Origin: Fimicolochytrium jonesii
Lineage: Eukaryota
Direction: 5' to 3'
NCBI RefSeq assembly: GCF_025526975.1
Contig: NW_026515672.1
Coordinates: forward strand, 620,001-684,000
Length of the DNA stretch: 64,000 nucleotides
Shown here: positions 28,101-41,835 of the stretch, piece by piece
How the letters are laid out: every line of letters starts with the position of its first letter
How positions within the stretch are numbered: position 1 is the first letter of the stretch
Notes under the pieces: generated by a model
What the model was told of the DNA's origin: nothing
The model's database searches: none
The model's input: the letters and a program-made list of their open reading frames with translations, nothing else
Position numbers and translations under genes: made by a program

Positions 28101-28463
28101 TGGCACTAAAGACACCCCGCAAGCAGGCACGGGTTCGGGCGCCAAGTTCAGCACGACAGCGGTGGTCACGTCTGGATTAGTGGTATGCTTTTGTCCCGCT
28201 AATGGTTATCATCCGCAGTTTTCTCACCTACTCTTTCGCTTGCAGGTTGGAGGTCTTGCAGTAGGAGGGGTTGCGTTCTTCGTGCGGCGAAGGCATGGTG
28301 CGAACCTGCGATCGGTGGCTGTGGTAGCCAGTGCGTCTCAGGTCAGTTAATGGAACGGATGTCGAAATGTGCCGGTGCGAACAGATGCTGGTACTGACTT
28401 CGTTTTCAACTGCAGGCATCCAAAGACGCATTGGAGGCCGACCGTAGCGCTGACGAAGTCTGA
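25123..28463 (+). CDS. Membrane-anchored M12B (ADAM/reprolysin) zinc metalloprotease, multi-exon
   Basis: Signal peptide; prodomain with cysteine switch TCG and LHRR processing site; IADYKFY; HELGHGMGSAHD; Met-turn YIMYP; Cys-rich modules; TM ending FFVRRR. Confidence 0.88.
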
Positions 28464-28888
28464 AGGATTTTTGGGCTTTGAGACAGCTTTGTATCATCTC
28501 ACGATGCCTGGACGTCTGTGAGGATGTGGCTTCTTTTGGACAATTTTGGATAGTTGTTGGACCTAACTTATCGGGTCGTTGTCGTCGTGTATTGTAAACA
28601 GAATGATGAGTGTGTGTATTCATGGGTCCCCTAAGACTCGTCGTTTGCTAGGTCTCGCGAGATGTTGTCAATTCACTGCTTCTATTTACAAAACCACACG
28701 CGGGTCGTTGCCTGATGAGACATCTTTCCAAGGTGTTCATTGGTGCAGTCTGTAATCTTTCTAAATAATGTACGGTCAGGGACTCCGTTGGATGGGATGA
28801 TGAATGGGGTGTATCAGTGAGCACCGCCGGTCGTTACCGGAGGGGCATCTACGTACAACTACGAGCGAATAGCTGCTGCTCTATTTTC

Positions 28889-29639
28889 TCATATCGGTTG
28901 CTGCATCTGTGATTGATTCGCTTGTGCCGTCAGCTTCTGCCCGACCTTCATGTTGACTTCAAAGTATTTTGCGACGCAGCGGTCGATGCAGACCGATTCG
29001 CCCTTGTTGAGCTCGTTGTCGTGGTACTTTGGTGGCACGCATTTCTTGTAGCAAGAGTCGACGATGCTGTGAAGGAACGGATTTGTTAGAGTGAATGCAC
29101 ACAGGCACTGTCTGCACGCTTCGTTGTAAACTTACTTGTTGAACAAGGTAGTGACCATCTCCTGCACTTGCGAAAAAGTGGATCAGGTGAGTAAGCGGTT
29201 GCATGGTCCATCAGGATGTCCTTCGTCATGTCAAAATTCCCAAACCGTCGCCCGGCTGCAACGTCCCGTGGCGCATATATGTGTCGTTTGGGCCTCCCCT
29301 CGTTGCCAGGTCAGGCCAACCAATCCCAGCTGCTCAAACGTCGACAAGTAGCGCTGAAGCTCCTCAGCAAGGTTTGCACCTGCGGACAGAACCATCCTAT
29401 ACATCGCCGAGACGCTTCGTCGGGTCCCCAAATCCGCAGCTACCCATCAGAAGCGACCATATTCCACCTTTGGAGACTCCCCGCTCGGCGCCTCGTCCTG
29501 GCAATCCCTTTGCGCATCCCGGGTCTTTCATCCACCAAGTGTCGTAGCAGAGTCGAAAACGTACCAACTCTTGTTCAGCCATGGACATGTTGAGCCCGCT
29601 CTGAATTTGCGGTTGTTGCTGGTAGCCTCCAAAGTTCAT
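28889..29639 (-). CDS. TIM10: Mitochondrial small Tim chaperone Tim10, 3 exons
   Basis: [24 protein letters not shown]...[19 protein letters not shown] with twin CX3C motifs. Confidence 0.92.
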
Positions 29640-30211
29640 GTTGGGCGGTTTTCTTTTGCGTTAACTACAGAGAAGTGAAAGGGTGAGCCTCGCACGCTTG
29701 GCCAGACAGTGGCCTTGTTTTGAAGGGAAGCGCTTCACTTACTGCGTATGTTGTGGAGTGGAGTGTATGGACTTTAGAATGCAAGCTCAGTTTCCAGGTT
29801 CAAGTCGGCAGCGGTTGCTAACGGGGCTTGCCTGGGGTAGACGCAGACAACCTGAATTCAGGTGAGAAAGCTCGGTCGCGTTTTCGCTTGGAATTCCCAC
29901 GCGGACTCGAGGGGGTGGGACTTGCGGAAGAAGTTTGTTGACCAGCGAACGAGACCGTTCAACATCTTCTCCGTCTGAACGTCGTCCGCAACCATCGTCT
30001 ATCAGCCAACGCTCGGGTTCTTGTCTTCTCCAGTTATGGTCTAGAAGAGCAAAGGAAAGAGAACGTTTCGCCGTCATGGGTGTGGGTGATCCCTAGATCC
30101 GCATCATCATAGTACACAGCAATTCGCCGAGACGAAAAACGGACTGACTTTGGACACCAGAACTTTCTTTTATCGAACACGACCTCAACCTCCTTCGCCA
30201 CCAACCGCTCC

Positions 30212-31723
30212 ATGAGCTCGGCGTTCGCAGCCAACCTGGTGACCGCCGCGCTGGCAAAAATCCTTATCCAAGCAGGGTTTGAACGGGCCCAGAATTCTTC
30301 GACCAGCATCCTTGCCGACATTTTCGTTCGATATTTGGAACTACTAGCTTGTACTGCTTCGAAGCATGCGAATCACCAGGGGCGGACGACCGGGAACTTT
30401 GAAGACGTGGCGCGAGTTTTGGACGATTTCAGCGTCGACCCAACAGCGCTGACGGAGTTCTGTCGGACCTGGGCTGTGCATATCAATCCAGAGAGTGTGG
30501 GAGGAAACCATGGCAACCCTTCTTCGCCATCACATACGGGCGCGCCAGCGAACAGTCACAGGCATGGGAAAGCTGAAGACCATGATGAGCCCGCTGCTTT
30601 TCCCATAAGTGAGTAGGCGCCGATGGACTTGACGTGGGATGGGCCTTTTCGAAAGACCTTTGACTGGTGCGTGGGGTCAAATGTTGTGCCTGTCACTATC
30701 GCTATCAGCAAACCATTCTTCGAGGGAATACGTGCTGCGGGCTCATTCCTTTCGTTCTCAATAGATATCGACGAATTATTAGAGGCATCGGCCCTCGAAG
30801 CGAAACATAAGAGCCTTCTTCCAAGGAAAGCAAGAGGTTCAGCGAGTCCATCCAAGGAGGGACATGGATCTCCGACGAGAGCACCCTTCGCCGATTCCCA
30901 TCCGCATCGGTCCGGGTCGGAACATCAAGGCGGTGGCCGACAGTTCACCAGGCGACGGAAACGGAAGGCCGCATATGGGTGCGTGGTATCATTCGACGAG
31001 ACCCATATGACCGCAGAAGACCTCGACATTGTCGATCTCCAACCTCCCGATCACCAACCAACACTACAAGTGTTTGATTCAACCCCTTCGGCGTATGTGG
31101 AGAGTCTGAAGCAGGCGTTATCGAGCGTCAGTGCAGGGGCGGCGAAAGCAAACGGAAAGATTACATCCAAAGCTTTGTTGAAGCAGATGCTCCCATTACT
31201 GCAGCATAGTAGGGTGGCGACGGCAGGTAACCACCTGTTCAGCGTGGAAAGGGGCCTTTTGGACGAGATGGTTGGGGCGGAGTTGGCGAAGCTTCCAGGA
31301 CTGCTGGAGGGACAGCGGCCTCGGATGCAGCGCGCGCCGGACAATCTGGACCAGATAGCGACGACAAAGCGTCGAAAGATCCCGCGAAATGCCGCAGAAA
31401 CCGATAAGAGCGGCGCCGAACCGAAGCTGAAGCTTAAACTGAGTCTCTCCACCGCTCGCTTGTCACCACCTCCTGCCGCCGCGGTGCCAGCAGGATTTCC
31501 CGTTTCAACATTCCAACTGCATCCAAAATCCCCAGCAAGCGGCCACCCTCCAGAAGACATCGTCAATTGTATATGTGATCAGCCGCAGGTTGATCATGGC
31601 GAGTTCATGATAGCTTGCGACAAATGCGGGGTCTGGTACCATGGGCCATGCGTTGGCGTTCCTACGGAGGCCGATCAGAGCTCGGAGAACTGGTATTGTG
31701 TCAGATGTCAACCCAGGCGGTGA
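30212..31723 (+). CDS. TAF3: TAF3-like protein: N-terminal BTP histone fold and C-terminal PHD finger, 2 exons
   Basis: ALAKILIQAGFE...ILADIFVRYLELL...ANHQGRT (BTP); intron about 30609-30763; PHD CICDQP..FMIACDKCGVWYHGPCVGV..WYCVRC. Confidence 0.75.
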
Positions 31724-32022
31724 CATCCGCAAGCACCCTCACCACAAACCCACTTTACGGAGACCTGTCTCATACCGTACATGTAGTGCGCATAGAGTCA
31801 TGGAGACGTATTCGTGATTCTTCTCGAAACAAAGCTATATGTGATGGATACATACAAATCTAGCGCCACCCCTGCCCACTACCGTAAATCCCCCTCGCTC
31901 TAAATTGTTGTTCTAAATACAGAAATGCTCCATGTGTGATGCAAAATAAGCCTTTGAGAAGAAATCGCGATCTCGCTCACTCTCCCGACTGTCGACCATC
32001 GAACGCTGCTGGCATCGACTAA

Positions 32023-33690
32023 CTACCACCCAGTGCTCCTACTCCAATCAATGACAATCCATCCGTTCGTCCTCGCGCTGATAGTAGCCGACGGGTCAAC
32101 GCACTGCGCCTTGGTGAACGCCATGACATAGGTCGCGGTCTCGATCGCGTTCTCGTTACCCAGCTTGAGCTCGCCTTTGCGGTTCCTGAAGATCAGGATC
32201 TCGTTTGTTTGGAAAGTTACGAGGATAACTGGTACTTCGTCCTCGAGGAGTGTGAGTTTGCGTATGTCTACGTGGCGGATGTCTAAAAGTTTGCAGTCGG
32301 AAACGAGCCCTTGTTGCTGTTGGGCTTCGAAACCGGCGGATAATCGTGCGTATGCCTAATGAAAATAAGGGTTTGTGAGATCGATCTGAATTTCGCCAGC
32401 GACCACATAAATACCAGCAGATTCCCAAAGGTTATTAATGCTCACCCTTTCACTGCACCACTCTCGCAATATGGGCGCCTCTGCTTTCAAGTAAGCTTCC
32501 AGAATTTCTGGCACGAAGTACTTTGTAGCCTCCTTCAAGAACTTTTCGGTCCTGAACGTAGGATCCACCGCCTTCAACGCGCTGACCACTCGTGCGGTTT
32601 CAGTCTCCTCGAACGCACTGCTCGAAAAGAAATCACGGATCCGCTCGACAACAGGGTTGTCGCTCTCGTCAATCCCACGTCGTACAGCAAACAGCTTTTG
32701 CGCGATGGGGCTATCCTCCTTGAACTTCCTCCATGACTCGGCAAGCTTCGACGACCGGTGAAGCTCGACGTTTTGGCCTGCTTCGGGATCTGCGGTAACG
32801 ATTCTGTTGGGATTTGGGACGCCGGGAATGCCCAATGGCATTTTGCTCTGCTGGTAGGCGAGCAGTTCTGCACGTTCTTTTTCGCGCTGCTCACGTGGTA
32901 CGTATTCGTGGAAGAATGCAGAGTCTGAAGAGTCGATCACTTCCGTTTTGACGTGCTTGATTCCCTTTCCGACGGCCTTTGCGGCTTTCGTGTCCAAAAT
33001 TGGCTCAGCAACCTGAGAACGGGTTTGTTAGCGCATACAGAACGCAGTACAGAAACGAACCATGCACTCTCGCAAGGGAATGCCTACCTTCTGTCCAACC
33101 TCAGCGACCTTCTCTCCTGCCGTGTACAGAACCTCTCCAGTTTTCTTGACTACTGGGTTCTCCACAACCTTATCGACAGTCTCCCCGACCTTTTCAAAGA
33201 CCTTCGAAGTGCCCTTCGACGTCTTGTCCATAGCATCTTTTGCCCTCTGCACAGCATCTGACTCAGCCAGTTCCTTCGTTGATGCGGAGAGCTGCTGCAC
33301 ATTCTGCTGAAACTCTCGATTTTCTGCTACTTGTCGTTTGAAGGACTTGTAGAACTCGGTGAAGAAGTTTGTGGATTCGAAGCGGGCAGAACTGCGGTGG
33401 ACGGCGATAGGAAGGAGGGTGGGGCGGGTGGAGCGGATTGCCGATCGTCTGGAGACGCTTATAGACGGTGTGACGAGACCTCTGGATATTATATGTGGGC
33501 CGGTGGACTTTTGTGATCGGCTGTTGAATGCTAACGTGGACACAGCGCTCTGCACGAAACCGCGAAACATAGAGATCAGTGAACATGAACGAAGAATGGC
33601 CGGTTCTTCCGGCGTCTGTACGCTGGGACAGCGCTCACATACCTGCGTCCGAGAAGCGGCCTTGTGTAGGGCCAGCATACTGCTAGACAT
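32023..33690 (-). CDS. TIM44: Mitochondrial import motor adaptor Tim44, 4 exons
   Basis: Presequence; FKRQVAENREFQQNV; ESDNP; ETETARV; DPTFRTEKFL; VPEILEAY; LREWCSE; SKILDIRHVD in the last exon. Confidence 0.93.
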
Positions 33691-34172
33691 GGTGAGAGAA
33701 GACTTATGGCAGCACCGTCGATGGCGACGTTCAAGTGGTGGGACCGGCTTCGGTGGGTAAACCGGTGGCTAGAGCTGCGGTGGCCAGATACAAGCTATGG
33801 TACTGGGCTTCAGGACCTATAACTTGCTTCTCGTGAGGGGGTATTTGGTGAGAGAACGGGCGAGGTCCACAGGGTCAATGTCGGAGGAAGAAGGAGGAAT
33901 GAGGACGCTAAAGGCGCGCGAAAAAAACGCCGCGTGTTGCCGTGTTGGTCTTTCCGACGCTGACAACCTTCTCGCTTCCGAGCTCTCCGGCGTTCCATTG
34001 CCTCCACCGGGTTGCCACCTCCAGTCATACGCACACTACACTCAAATACACCAGACAAGAACGCTTTCCGTGAGCTGCCCAAACCAGAACGGAAACTGTT
34101 GTTCATGCCGTCGCTCTTTGAAGGGACGTTGCAGCCCGTCTTACCACCGAGATTTTACCACCTTTTCCCACG

Positions 34173-34871
34173 ATGAGCTTCCAGTGCGTACGCTCAAGAT
34201 GGGCGCAACTATCCGGTCTCACAAGCGGACCACGGTCCAGCCTCATCAATAAATCTCCGCAACGCATTCTCCTCCGCCCATCCCACCGTGAACTCCAAAC
34301 CTCAGTCAACCAAATCAAACGCGGCACCGTCCTCGATTTCCGGAACAAACTCTGGATAGTAAACAACATGACCCACCACTCGCAAGGCCGAGGCGGAGCG
34401 CACTACAAACTCGACTTGCGAGAAGTGCTAGGCGGTGGGAAGCTGCTTGAGAGGTTCAACGCGGGCACAATGGTGGAGACGGTCGACCTGCAAGTGAAAC
34501 AGCTGAAATTTATGTATGCGGACCACGAGCTGCACTTACTTGACCCGGTGGACTATGAGGAGCATGTGGTGCCGATGTCGTTGTTTAGTGCTGGGGACAA
34601 GGGGCTCCCGTTCCTCAAGGACTCGATGGAGTTGAAGGTGGAGTATTACGAGAATACGCCAGTTATTATCAAAATGCCAGAACGGGCCACGTATGAGGTT
34701 GTGAACACGGCACCACCTGCATCGTCGGGTGCGAGCGACAGCAAAGGGACAGCGTTCAAGGATGCGGAGTTGGAGACTGGTGCTCGGGTGCTTGTACCCG
34801 AGTTTGTGACTATCGGCGATAAGATCGTGGTTGATTTGCTGGAGCACAAGTACGTGACAAGAGCCCGTTGA
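34173..34871 (+). CDS. efp: Bacterial-type translation elongation factor P with putative mitochondrial presequence, intronless, 232 aa
   Basis: KOW-like IKRGTVL..HHSQGRGGAHYKLDLREV; OB domain LKFMYAD..LLDPVDYE; C-domain KDAELETGARVLVPEFVTIGDKIVVD...YVTRA. The three-domain layout is EF-P, not the two-domain eIF5A. Confidence 0.93.
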   Translation: MSFQCVRSRWAQLSGLTSGPRSSLINKSPQRILLRPSHRELQTSVNQIKRGTVLDFRNKLWIVNNMTHHSQGRGGAHYKLDLREVLGGGKLLERFNAGTMVETVDLQVKQLKFMYADHELHLLDPVDYEEHVVPMSLFSAGDKGLPFLKDSMELKVEYYENTPVIIKMPERATYEVVNTAPPASSGASDSKGTAFKDAELETGARVLVPEFVTIGDKIVVDLLEHKYVTRAR

Positions 34872-35056
34872 GAGATCTGCATTCTCCAATGCGGACATGC
34901 CGCGCATGGGGATGAAAAGGCATTGCTGCAAGAGAAACGCCGAATATCTTCCATTGTATCTATCGTATTCTACCCAAGGAATGCTCTACATATTTTAGAC
35001 ATAAATACTATGTACATTTGCGTGGTGACCTCAAAAGTAACCCGCGCTCTGCATCT

Positions 35057-36412
35057 CTATGTCACCTTCTTGTTGGTGTTGGTGTAGCCCATTCCCAAGC
35101 AAGTGAGAAGCACCGTCTGGTTGCTGTGATCCGGCGTCACTTTGAAGGTGATGCCGAGGAACGATTTGATGTCACGAAGATATTGTATCCTGTAGAAGAA
35201 AGTGCAATGTGTCAGTTGCAGTCTCTGCCACCGATATAATGATGGTCATCTCAAACGTACGTAAATGGGGACAAAGCACCGACTCGGATCTTTCCGACGT
35301 CCTCCGGCCCGAGAGCCAAGAACAAAGCCCCCAGCCATTGACTCGAGGTGTCAAAACATCCGCCTTTCTCGATCTCCTGCAACAGTTTCCGACCAGTAAA
35401 CGCGCCCAAATCCTCCGGCGTTTGGAAGTGGTAATCGTTCGCCAGAGCATCATCCTCCCTGCGACTCACGATATTCGTCTCAACATCTGCGTTTGCCGGT
35501 TTGCGAGGCTGGAAGGCGCACTCCGCGGAGAGAAGAGCTCCAGTCGTCGATTCGGCCACGATCGTCAAAGCGTATCCCGGTGACTGCCCGCTCTCTGCTC
35601 CCTTATACACATCGGTATATATATACACGTCCGGGATGTAGCGGGTCATCATGCTTCGAGACGTTTCGACCACTCGGTTGGCCATTTGCGGTGACACACG
35701 GGTAGCGTAGGCGATTCCTCGGATGCGCTTGAATTTGCCTTCCTCGATGAACTGGACGGGTTTGAGCTGTCTGACGATCGGGCATTGGAAGAATATCTCG
35801 CCTCCGCCTTTTGGTGGCGCTCCACGCTTTGTGATCTGGGAAAGGGAGGGCCATGTGAGCGTTTCCGACGGTAATCATGACAAACTTTGATCAGTACACT
35901 CTCGCACCTTCATTTCTAGTCCATCCTCCACTCCAAACCTCTTCAAATGCGGCAGCAGAACTGTTCGAATAGCGTCGACAGACAAATCCACGTTGTCGTT
36001 CGTGACACCGCTCAAAGTCAGTTGTAGGGGATGCTTCGCGAACGGCGCCAGCGCAATGAGGGGTTCCAGAAAGTACCCAATCGCCCGCGACGGTGGACAC
36101 TCGTGCCGAACCTTCCCTCCTATTATCAGTCCTGGCCGGTATACGACGGTGGTACCGGTGTACGAGATCTCCACCACGGCCCCATTCGTCACTTTTTCTA
36201 ACAGTCGTAAGAAACTCGCTTCGTAGTCTGTGAGGGAAAAGTTGGTGAGCATATGCTTGCTCCCATGATCAGGTCCGCACTCGAACGTTACCTGAAAGAC
36301 CAGGCCTGTCTTCGTCGTCAGACCGTATTTTATCTATGCGCACTGGCTTGTTGCTTAAGGTCGCCAAAAGCAGCCTTTGCCGAAAGTAATTGTGACCTTC
36401 GAAACGTAACAT
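35057..36412 (-). CDS. RCL1: RNA 3'-terminal phosphate cyclase-like protein (18S processing), multi-exon
   Basis: FEGHNYFRQRLLLATLS, YEASFLRLLEKVTNG, RAIGYFLEP, GKFKRIRGIAY, SPGYAL, IQYLRDIKSFLG, CLGMGYTN. Confidence 0.95.
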
Positions 36413-36710
36413 GGCAACTGAAAAGTGGATATGCGTAGCAGTTCGGTGTATGCCCTTGTCCTTGGATGGACAACAGTGAACTTGACAACAGACTTGGTAT
36501 GCAACGAGACGGGGTAGCACTGCAAGAAAGTCAAGGCCAAGAACGTCAACGAGGCCAAAGAAGGAGCGTGTTTGACTTGCTTTTTGCGGATTGCATAAGC
36601 AACAGAATCGACCGTCGGGCGGCGGAGCGACTCGAAGAAAAACAACTCTTCGCCCTGCACCACCCTCATCGTTCATCCTTACCCCACCCACACAAACAAC
36701 CATATCCACA

Positions 36711-37415
36711 ATGGCTTCTGAGCGCACTTACATCATGGTCAAGCCCGACGGGTACGTTGCTGCAGCACCCTCTCCGACTCGTATCGTTTATTCTCGAGCC
36801 AATGGCTGATGTGCCCTTTCCTCCAGCGTCGAACGCGGCCTCGTCGGTGAGATCATCAAGAGGTTCGAGAACCGTGGCTTCAAGCTCTTGGGTCTCAAGG
36901 CCGTCCAGCCTTCCCGTGCCCACCTTGAGGAGCACTACGCTGACCTCAAGACCAAGCCCTTCTTCCCCAAGGTAAACGATCGCAGAGAGTCGCTCGCAGG
37001 CGCTTCTGAAGAGATCTTTTCCCACGACCTACGGCAATTCTGAAACTCACACCTTTATTATCACCACACAGCTTGTTGACTACATGCTCTCTGGACCCGT
37101 CGTCGGTATGGTGTGGGCTGGAAAGGAGGTCGTCAAGACCGGCCGTGTCATGCTCGGTGCCACCAACCCCTTGGCCAGCGCCCCCGGAACCATCCGTGGT
37201 GACTTCGCCATTGACGTCGGAAAGAACATCTGCCACGGTTCCGACTCTGTTGAGTCCGCCGAGAAGGAGATTGGCCTCGTAAGTCTCATGTTTCCATCGG
37301 AAGTCTTCTATTCTCAAGCTGTCGAAACTCATCAAATCGCTCCTCGTCTCACCAGTGGTTCCCCGAGGGTGTGTTGAACTACAACCGCTCCCTTGACAAG
37401 CTCATCTACGAATAG
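36711..37415 (+). CDS. YNK1: Nucleoside diphosphate kinase, 4 exons
   Basis: [53 protein letters not shown]. Confidence 0.97.
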
Positions 37416-38126
37416 ATTATAGTTCGTAGATTGTAGCTGGTGTAGACCCGTAGGTTTCAATCCCCTATATACATCATGTACATTTTTACTTAGAAGCGGA
37501 GCGACGTCTCTGCTTTGAGCATACATACATTTTATCTCACGTCTAGCACATCGAAAGCGAAATTCGGAGCTTGTACATTTGCGCCTCTTGCTTCTATAGC
37601 ATGTAATGGTGCTCGAGAGATATAAGAAAGAGACCAGTACCGGAGGCCCCGAGAGAGCGGGAAATGTGTTGAAGGTGTGATTCGCCAGTAAGACCCTGGT
37701 ACCACTTCTGGAGGTAGCCAAGAACGTCCATCATGACTATAGCTATACTGTCGCCCTCCGCTGCACGCTGTCGGGGAGGAGTCGATGTGCTACATATCCG
37801 AGATTGCACGCAGGGGACGCAGGATCGTTTGGCAAACGCAGGGGATCCCGCAATTTCCCTCTGCCCCGGCTGTAGTGTAATCCTCCGCCGAATAGCATCT
37901 GCGACGCCAAACTAAACAGCGAGACCCGCGGCTGGCCTCGAAGCCTTGAGGTATCAAACTCAAGATCTTGTGAGCCTCTCTCGTGCATGTGTCTGCCTCG
38001 TTTCCTGTTTAATCCGCACCGCGGATTCATACAGATCTCATCTTCAACCAATTTCTTCCTTTTCTTCTTCGATGAAGTCCGTTTGCAGCCAGCCCAAGGA
38101 CATGAGATGGCACGGAAAACGCTACC

Positions 38127-38750
38127 TCGTGTACTCAGCGTGAGAGCAAACCTCTACACCGCAAGTCGATTTTCGCATGAGTTCCTGCTTCGTCTCCATG
38201 GCATACGCTTCTAGCGATGTGATGAGTTCCCATTTCGCGCAGTTCCTCTTGGAATCATCTGCTGCGAGTGGATTAGAGTGTCACGGATAACAATTAGCGG
38301 TACTCGAACATGGAAAAAAGCCGACATCACACCTTCGACGAGTTTCCCGAAAACGTGGAGCCAAACAGGTCGTGAAAACAATCCTTCATGCCCGCCGCTT
38401 TCATGATGTGGATAAAGCCCAGAAGCTGATCCACATCTGTACGCCGTCGCTCCAAGTGTGTATTGAGCACAACTTTGCGTCGGACCAAGGCCGTCACGTA
38501 TACATCAACACATCCCAAGTTGATGATGGACACAGAGCTTCGGTGGGGTCGGCGCCTCCTCTAAACAATCCAGCGATATATACCCTTGTCGCGCGTTCGT
38601 AGGTCGGCTGCGGTTCCGCCAAAGTTTCTGAAGTACGGTTCCCAGATATCAGTCGCCTGAGAAACCCTGCGTTGCGAATACCTTTTGCGTCACAAAGATC
38701 CCGCCTGGGGAGACCTCCTCCATCACCGATGACTGCCGTTCGTCCGTGCC
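38127..38750 (-). pseudogene. Possible degenerate, intron-containing gene of unknown family
   Basis: Protein-like stretches (DVDQLLGFIHIMKAAGMKDCFHDLFG; KWELITSLEAYAMETKQELMRK) are flanked by plausible splice sites, but there is an in-frame TAG at 38563-38561 and no clear start. Confidence 0.25.
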
Positions 38751-39529
38751 TGATCGCAAGCACCAGAAAACAGGGCATATGTTTATTCAAAGAAGTTCTT
38801 GTTCTAAGCCGAGCTGTTTGTTCATAACCCACAGAAGACCGTCCCCGGTGGTTAGAGTTCCCAAGTTCAAGTGCAGCCTGTGATGTCACCCAAAGCTCCA
38901 GTTCGAGCTGTGCGGTCATATTATCCAACTTTCCGGGCCGGCAGCGTGGCATGTTCAATTTTCGGCTGCTGAGATCGGCGTTTTTTTCACAGCCTTCCCG
39001 CACGATTTCCGCTGGAGAGGGAAGTACTGAAAGACGATTTGTCTGCCTCCGCTTTCGACACGGTGGCGGGCGGGCAAGCCGTCCGTCCTCCTCCTGGTTC
39101 AGGCTTGCCGTGGTCCTCAAATACGGATTGACACGGAAGGTGGTTCTTCGGCATCGGTTGGCATCTTGTGAAAACAGACGCGAGGAAGCGGCTTCCAACT
39201 GTGACACGCCTTTCCGGACTTCACATCTCCTCAAGCTCAGACACACACCACGGTGAAGCCCACTTCAAGACCGTTCTAACTTATCGCAAACCGAGAACGG
39301 GCAAGAAGAAGCAAAGGCACCGAAGCATATATTAACAGTTCCATCTATCCCATGAGAGTAAGTGCGATAAATCCAAGGTTTTCTTTTCCATTTTGTATCC
39401 TCCCCGTCACAAAGACCGCTTTCCCTCAGATCCACCGCGAACAGAAGGGTATACAGAACCGATCGATCCCCTTTTCCCCTTCTTCGTTCAGGTTGTATAA
39501 GAAAGTCTCCGGTCGTCTATGGAGGGTGC

Positions 39530-41527
<1,998 letters not shown>

Positions 41528-41835
41528 GGTGACAGCGTTAGTTTCGGGGGAGTGATGAAAGAGAGAGAGCGAGTCTACTTCTGCGGGAGAATCCGAGGCA
41601 GCTCTTTGTGTCCTCTGGCTATTCCTAATGGCCCTCCTCCGTCGCTTTCCGCTCTCTCGCAGTCTCTCGCTCGCTCCCACGGGCGCACGGGCGCTAAGCC
41701 TCACGTGTGGCGCGGGGCGCGGCGTCGTGTGGCGTCTACCCTCAGTTGAATATCGACACACTCGTTTGGGCGGTCCCCCGAAAGGCGAACGATTCTCTGT
41801 CTCAACCCGATCGATAACCCTCAGCATAACGAAGC

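Noticed and set aside
33916..33923. E2F/SBF-like GCGCGAAA in the TIM44/EF-P shared promoter
   Set aside because: A single short motif in GC-rich DNA, not distinguishable from chance.
38494..39246. 250-aa minus-strand ORF
   Set aside because: Non-ATG start, Arg-rich non-coding-like composition, and it crosses probable splice sites.
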